Assembly: GCA_040954595.2 (NCBI GenBank)
Contig: CM082577.2
Span: forward strand, 2,108,001 to 2,172,000
Origin: Balanoglossus misakiensis
Taxonomy: Eukaryota; Animalia; Hemichordata
DNA length: 64,000 bases
Direction: 5' to 3'
Made by a program: the position numbers and the translations under genes. Positions 14,501 through 28,834 of the stretch are shown here, one piece after another (the first letter of the stretch is position 1; each line of letters begins with the position of its first letter). A model generated the notes under the pieces. That model was not told where the DNA came from. It did no database searches and saw nothing but the letters and a program-made list of their open reading frames with translations.

Positions 14501-17135
14501 AAGCCTTCGGTCTCTAATGACAGTTGCGTCGAGCATTTGTCAAGATTTCGGAGTGTCCTCTATTGTCAGATATCGGACAATCTTCGACAAGATGGGGAGA
14601 AAAAGATTCGTCTATGTAAACTTCTTTGTAACGCCCACTCACGCTATTACACCCGGCTATTACCTGGCGAATGCGGGCAGCGGAGTGATTGTGAAAATAG
14701 TGATAGCGCTGGTACTTGACCAGGAGGAGAGATCCTACATTAAAGTGTGGTTTGTGCGTAGGTTCTTTTGATGACTGTTACTTAAATGTCACACGCTATA
14801 CACTTAGGCAGCAGTAAAATCTTGGAGACTGGGTTTTTGATCTACAACCCAACATGAAATAAAAACCAGACTATTCATATTAACCGCGTCAGCGTAAAAT
14901 GCAATTTATTCTTGGCGAGATCAAACGCTAATATAGAGGGGAAATTGAGATTAGGGCGATTATGCGATTATATATAACGGTGCCTGATTTGTGAGGACGC
15001 CAACGCCGCGAACACGGGTCTTGCCTTTGTCAGGAATCGCGCGACACGGGAAACGCTTCCCCCGGCATTGTGTCTGTGATTTCCCGGCTATGTGTTTGCA
15101 CACCGAAACTGACACAGATGAATGCCTCATCTCGTGGCTTAATGAAGCCGGTGCATGCGTCTCAACCTGTAAGACACGATAAGGGAAATTAGAAGAATGG
15201 GCGAGCGTGACTCGGTGAAGATCGCGGCGATTCACCGCTTTTCTTGTTGTTGCTGGCGATATTTATTGAGATAAACGCCGTTCCCGTGGCGGCTCACAAT
15301 GCAACGGCATTTGCGTCATCTGCAGACATGGGCGAGAGTTTAACGATCACGTGTCATGATGCGATTATCTTGAAGATGTTCGCGCGGGTTTACCGGTGCT
15401 TAATCCTGCCATCATTCACCGGACCCACACCCCTGTAACCCCCTTGCCCTTCTTGTCGTTCGCGGTACATACCTCAAACGTTTTAAATAGTGGGTTACCG
15501 TGCCCTTTATACTCAGTTTTTCGCCCTTTATTAATCCGCCGTTTTACAGCGGACCGTTTCACACAGCAAGCAACAAAATCACTGTGTGACTATCTAGTTC
15601 TAGTTAGCACACATCTAATTAGCCTACACGTACTGCTCATTTTTTTCTGGCCCCGGGGTTCAGACTTCTGGAAGAAACAACCCCGGCTGGTTGATTGTAT
15701 ATATCGACTTATTAGTCCACATTTCACACAAAAAAAGCTCTTACAAAACATCTAATAAGGTGCAGTAACTCAATACCAATTTACGGAACGAAATACTGGG
15801 GGAATGTGCTTTCCGGGTTTCATGTTGCTCGTACCGCATATACCACAATGCTTTTCGTCAAATCAAAAACTTCCGCGTGAAGAACAACATCAGAATCAGT
15901 TGTCCTTTCGAAGAATTCTCACTACCAGGAAATTCCCGTATCAACGTCCCGATTCAGCTATATAGCATCTTACGTATATGAGAATGACTTATTTACATGA
16001 AATGTATTCTTCTAATGATTATATTTTGGCGGGGGTGACTAGCATCATATTTGTGCAATGAATTTTGCCTGTACTGTCGTCAGACCGACGAGACACATCT
16101 CTCGTGCATCATTAAGAAAACAGTCGCAAAATTATTGATGATCATGACATAATCTCAGTTGAAAATTCAAATAATCAAAATAATGCAAAAAGGGGGCAGC
16201 TACTCGTGCTTTGGTGTCTCATGCAATGACTTAATCCGTAAACTGAAATAAATAAAACAAAAACAAGACGCTATTATGCCTTGGCCATTAGTGTTTAAAG
16301 AATGAAGAATACTTCTTCTTAATTCAGGTATAGCCGGATATAAACGTCACTCCAACAAAAACTCTGATATTTTACGAGAAAATGGGCTTTACGCGATACA
16401 ACAGAGGTAACGCGATAATCTGTTAAAAGTAACTTAGAATTGCATCTGTTTTGAGGATTTGGACAATACTACCGAAGTAATGGATTACCCCGCAATAATG
16501 GATTCAAATCCCCTGGAGTGGAAAGCTTGGGTAAATTGAGTTCGGTCCGGGTGCAGAGACGTGTATGTTCGACGATCGCTATCCAGGTAAACCGTACACC
16601 GAGCCGCCATTGGCGGTGCCCGTTTAGTGTTTTTAGCCAAAGTAAACAAGCCCTTTTATTTCTCTGTGTTCCGTTCAAAATAAAAAGCGACAGCGCTTGT
16701 AAATCCCGTGCGTCCGACGGGGCTAAGTCGTCAATCGCCTTTAGGAATAAAGTCCCAGTTTGAGCAATAAATGTGTCAGTTAGGGACTGATTTGCAATAA
16801 ACACGAGTCAATTAAAATCGTGTTTGAAGCAGCAATATCGGTGATTTAAGGACAGTGTGTGTTGGGCGTCCGTAGAATGCCTGCAAGTACTAATTCAATC
16901 TGACAATAAAAGCTTCGAGAGAAAAAAGGGAATTTGGGTAATTTTCAGATGACATACAGTATTGACACATATCATGGTTGAAATTTTCAATCAGTTAATC
17001 ACTTTCTATTCAAATATCAATTTTCCGCAACGCTACCTTTTCATGACCTAATTTCTCCCGTTTACTTAATCTTTCTTTGTTAATTTGAATAACTGAATTG
17101 ATGAATATGGTGTTCGACAAAAGTTAAATTTGTCG

Positions 17136-17249
17136 TTAGGGAGCGTTCAGATATGACGGGCGGGTTGGGCTGGTAAATTCTTCTTGTGTCTCACTGAAAA
17201 TGGATATTGGCTCCCCCCCCCCCCGCCGCAATAAACGAATACTCCCTTA
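17136..17249. mobile_element. PIF/Harbinger-type MITE remnant
   Basis: TTA|GGGAGCGTTC ... GAATACTCCC|TTA: imperfect TIR with a 3-bp TTA target-site duplication, characteristic of Harbinger/Tourist elements. Confidence 0.65.
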
Positions 17250-20200
17250 AAGAATTATAATCAATTTTGAACAGCTCGGGTGTCGCGCTGTACCTTTCTG
17301 AACAATTTTAAACCATCAAATCACTATGAACGCTGTTAACATCTTGGCCAGCCTTTCTTGTGAGATTTGTCATGAACAACGTGCCGATTTTACCCTATTC
17401 AGATCGTTGAACCGAGGTAGCCGCTGGCAACAACAATCCAGACGGGTTTTCTTCGCTCGATAGCGATAAATCATACGCGCGTAGGGCCCACTTGATTTCG
17501 TAACGTTCCAAACAAAGACGCCCGAGAGAATCATTAAGTAATATGTAGTGATTTATCACCTTCTACTGAACCAGAAGTATGAGAAAAAGGCACGGCAAAA
17601 CAAGCTCCGACGTGACTGCCAGTGCGTTCTCCTGTGTGCCACATCGGCTCTCGGCGGTGCTCATTATTTGGCGCGTTTTTGAATGGCATTTCGGCTTGTC
17701 GCCTTCAATACCGATTCGGGTGGCTGACATGCACTGACACCCGTTCCTGACGCTCTTTTTCTAACGACGAACTCTCTCGGGGTGTTGTCAAATACTTATA
17801 CTAGTTAGGTGTTTCCTTCTGACTGCACGTAGAGTTCTGTTTGCGATGTTGTGCTGGAGTTCGAGAATACATACGAGTGTATGCGCAAAGCAATAGTCGC
17901 AGGGGGCGCACTCCCATGAAATTACTCGTACACCCAACCCGTTGAAAATGTGGGATGAAAACAACGAATTGTGGATTTGACAGAATCGCAGAAAAACAAA
18001 GACCTACTGCTAGTAACTTTTTCCTTCACTGCGATGGATAAAATGGGAAACGTTTATTTAAAAATAGTATATCAATACTTTCTTTAAAAAGCCCACGCTA
18101 ACATTCAAAAGTTTCACTGTGACGAGGGTATAGTTTTGCCAACGTTCAAATTTAATGATGGCAAAGTCGCGCGTGCGCGGTGTGAAAAAAACCACCAATG
18201 TCATTTCCAGTTTCATGACGTTATACGGAATAACAGACTCCGCAAAAAAATAGCCACAGAATGTTTGCCGTGTAACACGAGATTGTTTCTCTGATTAAAG
18301 ATTACGCTCTGTCACACTGACAGCGCTTGACAAGCGTTTAACGTCCGTAATAGGAGCATCATCTGCCTTCTCTCGCGGGGTCACGGTGTTATATCTGCGG
18401 CACACGTCAACAATACAACGCGAAATTTACTGTGTCAGTATAAATATGCTATTGCAGCGAGTAAAATTGCCTTTTCCTCTTACAGGGTAAATTAACACCT
18501 CCAATTTAGGCGCGAAGGGGTGTTTATTACAGAGTTTAATACATTTGTTTTTTTTGGTGCAATTAGAGTACGTCAGTAATATTTATAATAGTCACAAATC
18601 CCGCCATGGCAAATATAGTGTAAACACTTATTTCACAGTGTGGACAAACAATTTTCACTGAATTCGTTACATTTGACGTCAATTGCACCGCATGACGTGG
18701 TCTATAATCCGTCGATAATCCGGCGTGCATGCATGATTCTGGAAACTTCGAACAATGACTTTTCGTTACGCTTTCGCTATTTTTAGAGTCAAAACTTAAA
18801 AATTTTATTTGACGAAATAGAAAGTAAGCTCAGACCCCCAAATCATAATGAGGCGCCCTGTCGGTATTTTATAGGTTTATATCTGCACACCGTTCTCGTT
18901 CATTCTAATGCTGTCCAGTCAAACGGTGATGTACCATCTGATATGGCATGTATATTGGTAAACATGTGCCTGTCTGTCTGTTCGGTTGTTTGTCTCGACT
19001 CCCTTGCGTATACAATTAGGCCTAGTTAAACATTGGCAAATTTCCAAGGAATGGCAAATTTATAGTCCACGGGTAATTGGTTATCAGTACAGAAAGAAGC
19101 GTCATTTCGAGCCAAAATCCACAGAGTCGTCTCTGTATGACACATTAACATTCACCCCTTTCAGTCAGCCACAATGCAATTTTAGCAACGAAAAGGCGTA
19201 TGACGTCACGAAAACCTGTCGTCTGAAAGAACTCGCTGCAAGTTGTTATGGAAATGGGCTCCTTTCACTGCAACTACGAGGAATTGTAAGCGCGGCTTAT
19301 CAATCCGAGGGAAAATATCACTTAATTACCGCACGTCTCAGACTGGACAAAGCCGTACGCAAACAAGGAAACGTTATAAAATTCTTCCCTTTACTGAATA
19401 TGAATTTGAGGGCATCTGATGTGATTATGCAATTGAGTCGAAATAAAGAAAAGGAGAGAGCGAGAAGCGAGTCGCGCGGCAATGAATGCTCATTATCGAA
19501 CAAAGATGATGTCTGGAATATTAGAGAGTTGGACGATAACATCTAGAGGATTTGTAAAAGATCCTGCACACTTGTTGCCTCTCTGTATAAACGTTAACAA
19601 TATGCCTCATCCTTTGGGACTCTAAAACTCATCAAATATCATTAGCGTGGGCCTCATACGCTGGGACTATTAATAATTGAAACGGGCACTACAATGATTC
19701 GTACGACCTGGCGGTCATACGCCGGGGAATATGAATAAATCCGCACTTGCTTTAAGTATACGTGTACCATTGAGACAGATAATAGCCATCCATCCATACT
19801 CTAACATTTCATAGGTCAAATGTCATGATTACATAGCCAGTTGTAAAGACAAACACAAAACAGCAGAGCAGTGAAATACAACCAACAAAGTATAGTACAT
19901 ATAGAACAAGGTAAAATCTGTGAAAGAAAGATAAGCTTATATGGAAGTACCTCAAGTGTTTAGAGGGCCCCGTCTGTTGTTTACCATGGTGACAATTTCG
20001 GGTATATAAAATCAACAGACCCTATAGTCAAACTTTTCTGACTCCTCAGAAACCACTTTCCAATACTTTTGTTTTTCCAATACTTTTGTGGTTAATGTTT
20101 GTTTTGATAAATTACATACATCATCAAATAACCTAGCACAAACTTTAAATATTTAACAAGTGTGAGACCCGCCGTATTCCGTGACTGGCATGGCGACTTA

Positions 20201-20721
20201 CAATCATGGTCAATTGTGCGTACGGCAAGATTTCAACTAGGGGTTGGGGTACTTTTCATCCGTGTTAGTTAACCGGGTCGCGATAGGATATCCATGCTTA
20301 GCCTATACAGGAAGTGAGAAAATCACTCTCTGAGTAATCCGCGGGCCACAATATAATTATAGCTATAAATCTGGCTTTACCTACCAAGGTGCAGCTGTTC
20401 CTATTGTACGTGAACTGACGAACGACTTAATGCGATGGACCTGGGTATAGTAAATCACCGCCCAAACACGAGCGTCATCCTGTGCTAATGAAAGCGCGCG
20501 CTAGTCAAAAGGATCAATCAGATGGACAACCTTGTTACTTGACACTTCATGATATTTTTATGATCACGAGCTCATAACGACACCGTCACGTGTGTACAAG
20601 AATATGCACGTGACGGTAAACATCGCGTAGTCTCTTCTGATTGGAGACATATTGTACAAACTGATTGGACGATGGTATCGATTGGTCTCGAACTGACCAA
20701 TCATAACGAGACAGGGCTTGC

Positions 20722-20781
20722 GAGAGAGAGAGAGAGAGAGAGAGGGTAGAGAGAGACAGACAGACAGACAGACAGAAACAG
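20722..20781. repeat. (GA)n/(GACA)n compound microsatellite
   Basis: Read directly. Confidence 0.9.
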
Positions 20782-21639
20782 ATCTAGAAACAGGGTGATG
20801 TTCACTGTTATGATTTGTAGACTTGACTAAATATTTGTCAGTATGCAAAATATATTCAGAGGGACAACAGAGGCAGACAGACAAAGGGACATGGACAGAA
20901 AAGACAGAATGACGTTGACATAAACGTTCGGGTGCCCCAAAGTGACTAAAACATTATTACTGAACTGTGTTGACAACACTACTCTATGGTGCATGCAAAA
21001 CTTCGTGTTACGAGCCAATCAGTCGCCGGTGACCTCTCCTAAAACACACAAAGGAAACTATGAATATGTTTTGAATATAAATTTCATCAGGAATTTGATG
21101 TTGTCGTGTTTACGAGGAACACAGCGACAATATCAAGGTTTTCGGTAAAGATCAATTATGACAGATTGATATCACACGTCACACGCAGGTAATAAAGTGA
21201 TTGCTCGCGCGCAATGGACGGCGGAAGAATATTTTATTTTTCAAGGCAACCCGCCCGTTACGTATTTGACCTCTCACTTAGTTTCCAATTATCCACCTCA
21301 CACCAATTACGTAAGACATAAGAACTCGCTGGATTTGCAGTATCAGACGCTGTTAGACACCTGAATGTACGTGAATAAAACATGGAAACGTGGGAGCGAA
21401 ATTTATAAAATAACGAAATAAATATCCAAAGCGCATCATGTGAGTTAAACGGCCACCTGCTCACTTACACATGACCTTGCAGCGGTAATAAAATTTTCAT
21501 GCGGAGTCCGTGTATCAGGATCTTTCCCGGGGAAGGACACGAAGCAAACGCAATTTAATCCGCTAAGCGATCACAACTAAATTACCGGGATAATGAGCGC
21601 GAGCATGCATGATGAGCGTGGCAGTGAACTGAGTGACAG

Positions 21640-21874
21640 TTAAGGATGCGACATTCAAAACACATGCTTTCAAGAACTGTGGTTTTCTGTCAATTTTGAA
21701 ATTTCCTAAACCCCGCAAGGATGTATTTCCTCAATACCCTGGTATTAGGGAATTTATTCGGGTCTAATACCAACTATTATTCACTGACCTCAGAAAAAAA
21801 ATCATTATCCCATTTTGCCAAAAAAAGCAACATTCTTCAGAAAAGGTTATATTATTTTGTATCTCGCACCTTAA
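21640..21874. mobile_element. TTAA-flanked non-autonomous DNA transposon (Kolobok-like)
   Basis: TTAA|GGATGCGACATTCAAAA ... TTTTGTATCTCGCACC|TTAA; right end reverse complement is GGTGCGAGATACAAAA. TTAA duplication with purine-purine termini. Confidence 0.6.
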
Positions 21875-22555
21875 GATTGTCCTGCGCGTTGCTTGCATCG
21901 TTTGAACACACGCCAAACTTGGACGGACAAACTGGGCAATGTTGCTAAAATCCCGCATCGGTTTCAATGCAATTTCACATCACAGTTCACTCAGTTAAAA
22001 AACACGCACGTTGAATTAGTCGCGATTGTTAGGAGTTCCAGAAATAGACGTCAATTAATAACCTATCATCTATAATGACGTCGGCAATTCATTGTCAGAC
22101 TTAAAATGTTTTTCTCGCCCATAAAAGGCACGCCAATCACCTTTCTTAAAAAGATCTCGCTGTAATTTAACGATGACAAAACCGAGAAATGCCTCGACTC
22201 ATCCGTATAGTGCAGACATACCTGTTGAAGTTTTCAGACCGATAAAAAGGCAAATCTCGCGCGAAACAAAGCGTTTCTTTTCAAAGGTTGTGTCTCGGAA
22301 AATTCATTGTGGTTGCATAAGAGGTCTCGCTCTGGAGACTTCAAAGGGGAATGTGTACTGTACGTGATTAGAATTCTGAACATTGTGTTGAATATGAAAA
22401 TAACGTTCGGGTGAAAGTTATGAAATATAACGATGCGGTTTGACATGTATTACGAATACCCCATCACATCGCTCAACAGTGATATCGTATACTTCAACAC
22501 AAAATTCGATGAAACTTGGTACAAGTATTGATTTCACAAACATCCGAATTATTGG

Positions 22556-22619
22556 CCTGTCTATAAAGGCCAGTTAAGGAAAATCTCCTGACTGGCCACT
22601 ATAGACAGGTTCGACTGTA
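22556..22619. mobile_element. Palindromic terminal fragment of a Tc1/mariner-type MITE
   Basis: CCTGTCTATAAAGGCCAGT ... ACTGGCCACTATAGACAGG inverted pair followed by TTCGACTG|TA (a CAGT terminus plus TA). Only one terminus is visible. Confidence 0.5.
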
Positions 22620-25600
22620 TCTATTTATCGCTAAGATAACTAGGACGGTTGCATTCCTGACATGTGAATAGCACCTTTTTGTCGTTTATTGTACTTTTGG
22701 TAAATTTCAAATTCAGGTCACCCCGTTCTGTTTCTTACAATTTCACCAGTTGCATTGGCGTCTATTTTTTTCTTTGAATTGTGTCTCCCAAACACGCCAG
22801 ATACAATCAATAACCAGTATGCAAGACTCAGTCATGGAGAGAAAAATTGAGTTTGCCATTTAAAGACGCCTGGGGGAATTCTTTCATCAAAAAAAATTAT
22901 TTGAATGTCGCGCAGCGATTTGTAAAAAAACGACGGTTGCCATGCCAGAAATGAATTCAAACTCTCGTTAGAAGCAACAGTAAAATGGCGATGGGAAATT
23001 GGAAGTTTCATCATAGGGCCTTTTCATGGTGACGTTGTTATCGCCACCAAGACAACTAACAAGCTTTGGATGCGGTGGACTCCGGATGTAAGCCTACGCT
23101 CTTTTGTCTGGGTGTCGTCATCAAGTCAGATTTTTGTAGAACCAAACTTAGTTAAATTATCGATTATCGAACTTCAGATCAACGGGTTTATGCAATCGGG
23201 TTAGTAGCGGTATGATCTATTCAGCGGTAGAATTTTTCGTCTGCTCATTTAAAAACATAAATGATTGAGTTTTTATATATCAAAACGCCGTGTGTAGAAA
23301 TCTCACTCACATTAACAAAAAATAAGAAATGTACAGTCATATACTGTACTGTACTGTACTTCACCTTCAATAGCTGTGACGATCTTCTTGTACGATTTCG
23401 GTTTCAATACGATGTCGTAAACTTCTTGGAATTACCCGCACTACCTATCTTGTTCCTGGCCAGCCCTTTATAGTATTGTACTGCTACTGTGCTTCGCGCC
23501 CACTTTGAACTTTAAATGATTGCACGACTCACCGCGTCCCCGCTGTCTCCCTTTTGCCGAAGGCGAGGCGTTCGAATTAATTACGTATGTTTTTTTTTCT
23601 TTTCTGGCGGATGTTAAAATTGCTGGATTCAACTTTGCGTCATCAGCCTCAGCTGTCTAGGGTTTGATTTCCGTTGCATTTTTCATTTGCACGCTGTTAA
23701 TTTAAGAGTCATCGAGTCCCGCTTTAGGAGGCGCGCCATTATAAAAATCGTTTTGATTTCGCTGTCGCTGAATAAGTCATAAGTTTGCTGGTGGCGCTCG
23801 TCATCATTCTCCGAGTTTACCGGCGACAAAACCTTTGTGGCGGTGACTTGGACCAGAATTTTCCCGTTATTTTGCTTACATATTGGCGTCACTTTTCTGA
23901 ATCTTCGAGTTCTCGTGAAAAAAAATCTTGGGTGAATAGTTTGTGAAAAATGAAGCGCTGGTATTGAACTTTTCAGTCTGACATTGCATAAAGCCATCAA
24001 TGCAGCGTACAGAATGACCACCATCGTTCGTGTTTCAGAAAGAGTGGATTTCTTTCGCTCGTTTTTATTTTTGGTACTTCCTCTACCAGATACGCGATAC
24101 ACGACTCTACGTCGTTAGTGCCAAAATCAGCGGGGCTTCGGCGGGGGCTTCGACCGTGTCGTGACATCGTCCCGTTTCAAGTTACCACCTGCGTAAATGA
24201 CAAATGCCGCTCCTTTTACACTACCGGTTGCTACAACATGGCTTCCCTTCTTAATAATTAGGTAAATCTAGTTACACCAGAATAAGGAGGCTAATGATGA
24301 CAAAACAACGTCCTTAAATGGCCTTGATATTTTATGAATGCCGAGAATTCAATCCCTGTAAGCAACTTTACTTTTCTAGAATTACATTCCTCTAGTAGGC
24401 CTGCTGTATTTTTGATCGCGTCACTGTGATCAGGTGACAGAGATTGTTACCGAAAAGAGGCAATTTGCGATGTGTACCGACTTACCAAAACCCCCAATAA
24501 TTGCTACTTATTCCGGTGATTTCGTTACAATGCCAGCTTATGTTTACCACTTTCCTTTCCTGAGTAGATTTTATGTCATATCTTCAAATAGAAATACGAT
24601 ATTTTTTTCTTCAAAACGGCAAATTATCTGACGATAACTTCTACATATGAAGAGATGTGTTGCTCCAGTTACAAAGCACACTTCGCGTATCGAGTACATT
24701 GACCAGATGTTGAACTGGGTATACTGAAGTTGTCGGTCAGGAAACTCGTTTTTTTTTGGAAACCAAGTTTTGTCGAGACAGGTTACATGTGTCATCACTA
24801 TGTAAAGAAAAAACAGTACAGTGACTGTACATTCTGGTTGACAAGTTTCAACAACTTTTGGTGGACTAATTTGGGCCAAATCTAGCATCCATGCACTGAG
24901 TGGGAAACCACTGGTCTTCTACGCAATTAGTCAACACCTGTTGCACCTGTCCAGTTGTTTAGAAAATTCTGTCACATGACAAAGCTCACGACAAAACTAT
25001 TACGCGTCATAAATTTGCATCAATTTTGAAACGGAAGACGATGGTGACGGCGTGCGGCTGACAAAACTACCCTGGGAGGTTTATTAGACAGAAGAGGATT
25101 ATGTACAATTGACAAAACTATTTTGTGTCATTAATTTGCCCCATTTTCAAACGAACAGAAGATACGCACGATTTTCTCATAAATCTAGACGTTTATCTGA
25201 AGCTGCTGTGGGTTAGCCTAGATCCATCCGTCAAACCAATTTTCGGATCGAGTGGGTTCGCAATCAGGCTTGGCAAGTAGTTACCGTTTCTACCGTTGAA
25301 GATGGCGTTTAGTCGCAAGGAAATAAATCATTGGAACTAATTGTGCTTCGAAAATTATCATTCGATCCCCTTAGCGATCGACGGGGCACGTAATCTTTAG
25401 AGTGGAATCGCTTCGAACGTCAGATCGATTGACCATGCGTCGTGAGTTGCCCGGTAAAGTTCTTTGATTTTGGCGACATTTTAAGATAAACACCGCTGCA
25501 GATAATGATCATCAATAACCGGGAAACAAGTGCCGAGCCTAATTGAAAACATCAGTGCGACAAAAAAAGTTGCGCTGCTGTTGAGGAAATGCACCCTGTT

Positions 25601-27214
25601 ATCGACCGAATGGTGAATTTTAGACTTAAAGGTCCGCGCGCCGGGAACTAACTGGGGATCTCTTAGAAACATATGATTTGCCTACATGAAGAAAACATGG
25701 CAATTTACTGAAATAACTCACGATCTTCATCGGATCCTCATCAAATACCACCGACACAATATACTTTGTGTCCAATTTCAGCGTACTTTGTCCTTCTTAT
25801 GCCAATGATCGACTATACCCCTCTCACATCCGGGTGAATTACGAAAAGGTCTATTGCCCGGGTCTATTGATGGCATCGATATTGACTTTGCAGCTGTCGA
25901 CCCTGCGGTGATGTCGTTGGACTTAATGAGCAATATCCTCCCCTTGAAGTTCAAAATATTTAACAACAATCGTGACATGTAGATTTATTGCCTTCTCGCT
26001 GGTTGATCAACCGCGAGAGGTTATGATATTATTCAGAAATTGCGTGCGCTGGGCCAATTTCTCTTTCTCGCGCATGACGCACAAAGTAATACAAATTTAA
26101 TATCGCCCACGAAATGTACTGGTTTGTAACACGAGAAATCACGCTATGCGCTATCGTGTTTACCGAGCAGGTAAACCCGCGCTGATTTGCATGATTTTTG
26201 ACCGTTTCCGTGATATTTTACCTCGGCAGATCATCGATGCGTCTCCAATTACGACTGCTGTGATTGGATTAAGACCCGCAACAGACACCCCCAATAGTCG
26301 TTAGCGAGCAACGGAGGCAACAAAGAGATTTTACACTATTAACGATCACGCAATAAATAAATCTTGGGGAATCTTCGAAACCTGGTATAATCGGTTGTGA
26401 CAGTGGTGAAACCACAAAATCTCTTGAAACGCAAATCGGATGGATATTATAGCATTGCCAAATATTTTTTAAAACCTTTCCTTTTTTAAAGTAGACAAGA
26501 TGTGGTTTTTAAGCGTGATATTCAACGCGTTTGGTACAGACCCAAATAATACAGGGCAGATGTCGTATATTTGACCTTCAGTAGAATTATGTCATCAAAA
26601 TCTGCCCACTCTGTAATCAATCTCTTATTTTATTTCTTTATTTTCCATCAACCCATGTAACACTGTCTTGAAAAATGACTTCAAAGTTCAAAATATGGCA
26701 AAAATCAAGCATTTTATTGGAAAATATCTGGGAACACCGCTGTTTAGTTCGATCATTGCAAAACTAGGGAAATACGAGCGGACCCCTGCGAGGTTTTTTA
26801 CCTGTGTCCCTCCCGTGGCGAGGTGCAGTCGCCTGCTCCTCCTTCATCGATGCACGTTCAGAACACGCAGGCCTTGAAGATCTCCAGCGACGCAAAGCAA
26901 GCCTTCTTCTCCGGGATTGCTTCATAATAGCTCCAGTAATTTAACGACATAATCCTTCGGCGCCATTAATTATCAAATAAATCTTTTTATTGATCAGCGG
27001 GTACCGGTCACCGGAGCGCGATCAATCAGGGAACGGTAGACAGGTTTTAGATAAAATAGAGTCCGTTGCGCTATCATAGGAAATTTGAGAGGAATATTGA
27101 GAAGGCAGGTCCAGCTGAGAATCCCATACCTTTTTGATTACCATGCGATCATTGTCACGCAACGATCAATCAAATATGTTTCGTTCGTTTTCACTTGGGA
27201 CAAAGCTGGTCAAC

Positions 27215-27267
<53 letters not shown>
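27215..27267. repeat. (TTG)n microsatellite, ~17 units
   Basis: Read directly; explains the poly-Val ORF. Confidence 0.97.
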
Positions 27268-28814
27268 ATAGTTTTGTGACAGCATTAATTTGAGCACGCG
27301 GGAGCTAAAAGTTCTGTATTTTTTTAGGTTAGTCACAATCATGTTTTAAGAAATTGGAGATAATTTTGATGCATCACTCTATCAACTCTTGGGCAGAATG
27401 ACATCGCGTGAACTCAATCTGCAATCTCGCCATGCAGCTGCAACTCATCATCTTGTCTTTGGGTTTATTTTCAGGGCCAGGCCACGCATCACGCATCGAT
27501 GTGAGCGTATTAGCTCTTAAGAAACCTTTGGGCAGCGACAACACCTGCTTTTCTGATGTACAACGCTAAACAGTTTGCGATTTGTAGTAAACATCCTGTG
27601 TTGCTGCGTGATGTGCCCCCTGCATCGATACCCCCAAAGAATAGAGGTATGTTCTGTAAGCGACGAAGTTTAACGGTCAGTTCTCGGAAACGTTTTAATC
27701 TTGATGTCACACCTGCGCAGTTTTAAGTCTGTCGTTTCCAATTGATGTCATGTCGGTAAAAAATTACATTGTCCCTGTGGGATATTTTTCTGGCTTATAG
27801 AAAAAAGTTGCTAGGGGCAACAAGAAGGGGACTTTGAAATTGTAGAATAATGACCAGATAAAACTTGATTCGTTCATGATTAAAACTCTTTAAAAACTTT
27901 GATAGGTCACGGCGAAACTATTATCGCCGTCCATTAAAACTGTTTGCATTGTTGCCTGCAACAAATCGACAAGGCTATTCTCCGTAACCGACGACATTTT
28001 CAAACCCATCAGCAAAAGTTCCGATTCAATCGGTAGGGATACATCACACGAGCCAGTGGAGACCTAGTCGGTCTGCTCGCTCGTATGGTAACGTCTTGCG
28101 AGCAAAAAAATCTAGAAAGGCGAATGTTTTTGCTATAGACAGATCTGTTGCCATGCCGACTAATGAGTATTTAACAAAGAATTTCATAAGTCTGCCCCAT
28201 TATGTGACCAGATTTTATGAAATTCCCCCAAAGTGATTGCAAAGTGACATATCTCGCGTGTATTATTATTCGATGATTAAAACGTGTATCGATATAAAAG
28301 CCCCTTTAGCTCCTGAAAAAATCACCTTGAATCAAGCTTAATATCTCGCATTCCACACAACACATTTTAGCGTACGTCGCGTCAGTGAACAAGCAATGAT
28401 ATTTTTCTTATCAGAAATGAGTTTGATCGATGGGTTCGTTAAATGCTATCACGGCAGGGGTTCGTTTAGTTAATAGCGATGGAAAATAGTCGATTTATGT
28501 GGCCACTTATTGCTATGGCATTTTCCATAACCTATACTCTGTAAATTAGGCATTAAGTTTTAAAATCCTCCATGAAAAAAATATGCTGAGTATTATTGGC
28601 GTAGGTGGCGTCCCGCACTTTGCCACGACAACCGGTAACCGTGATGGCGTTGGAATCGGACAAACACTGTAAAATGAAAACATTGTGATCGAGAACAGAG
28701 CCATGCCAATCTGACAGACGTTTTTTTCCCTTCGTTCCAGATATGCAAATGAGTACACCTGTATTTTGAAACGTCACATTGCCGAAAAATGTGCCCTGAA
28801 TTTCCCGCCATTTC

Positions 28815-28834
28815 AGAGAGAGAGAGAGAGAGAG
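28815..28834. repeat. (GA)n microsatellite
   Basis: Read directly. Confidence 0.9.

Noticed and set aside
14339-14771. Two overlapping ORFs of 126 and 106 aa
   Set aside because: No recognisable domain and no convincing splice boundaries.
18986-19546. 186-aa plus-strand ORF
   Set aside because: TTG start, no family resemblance, no partner exons.
25809-25982. Protein-looking frame HPGELRKGLLPGSIDGIDIDFAAVDPAVMSLDL...
   Set aside because: An in-frame stop lies between the nearest acceptor (25781) and this segment, and no homology is recognised.
26800-26930. GC-rich segment with coding-like triplets
   Set aside because: Short, closed by stops, with no start or splice partner and no recognisable product.
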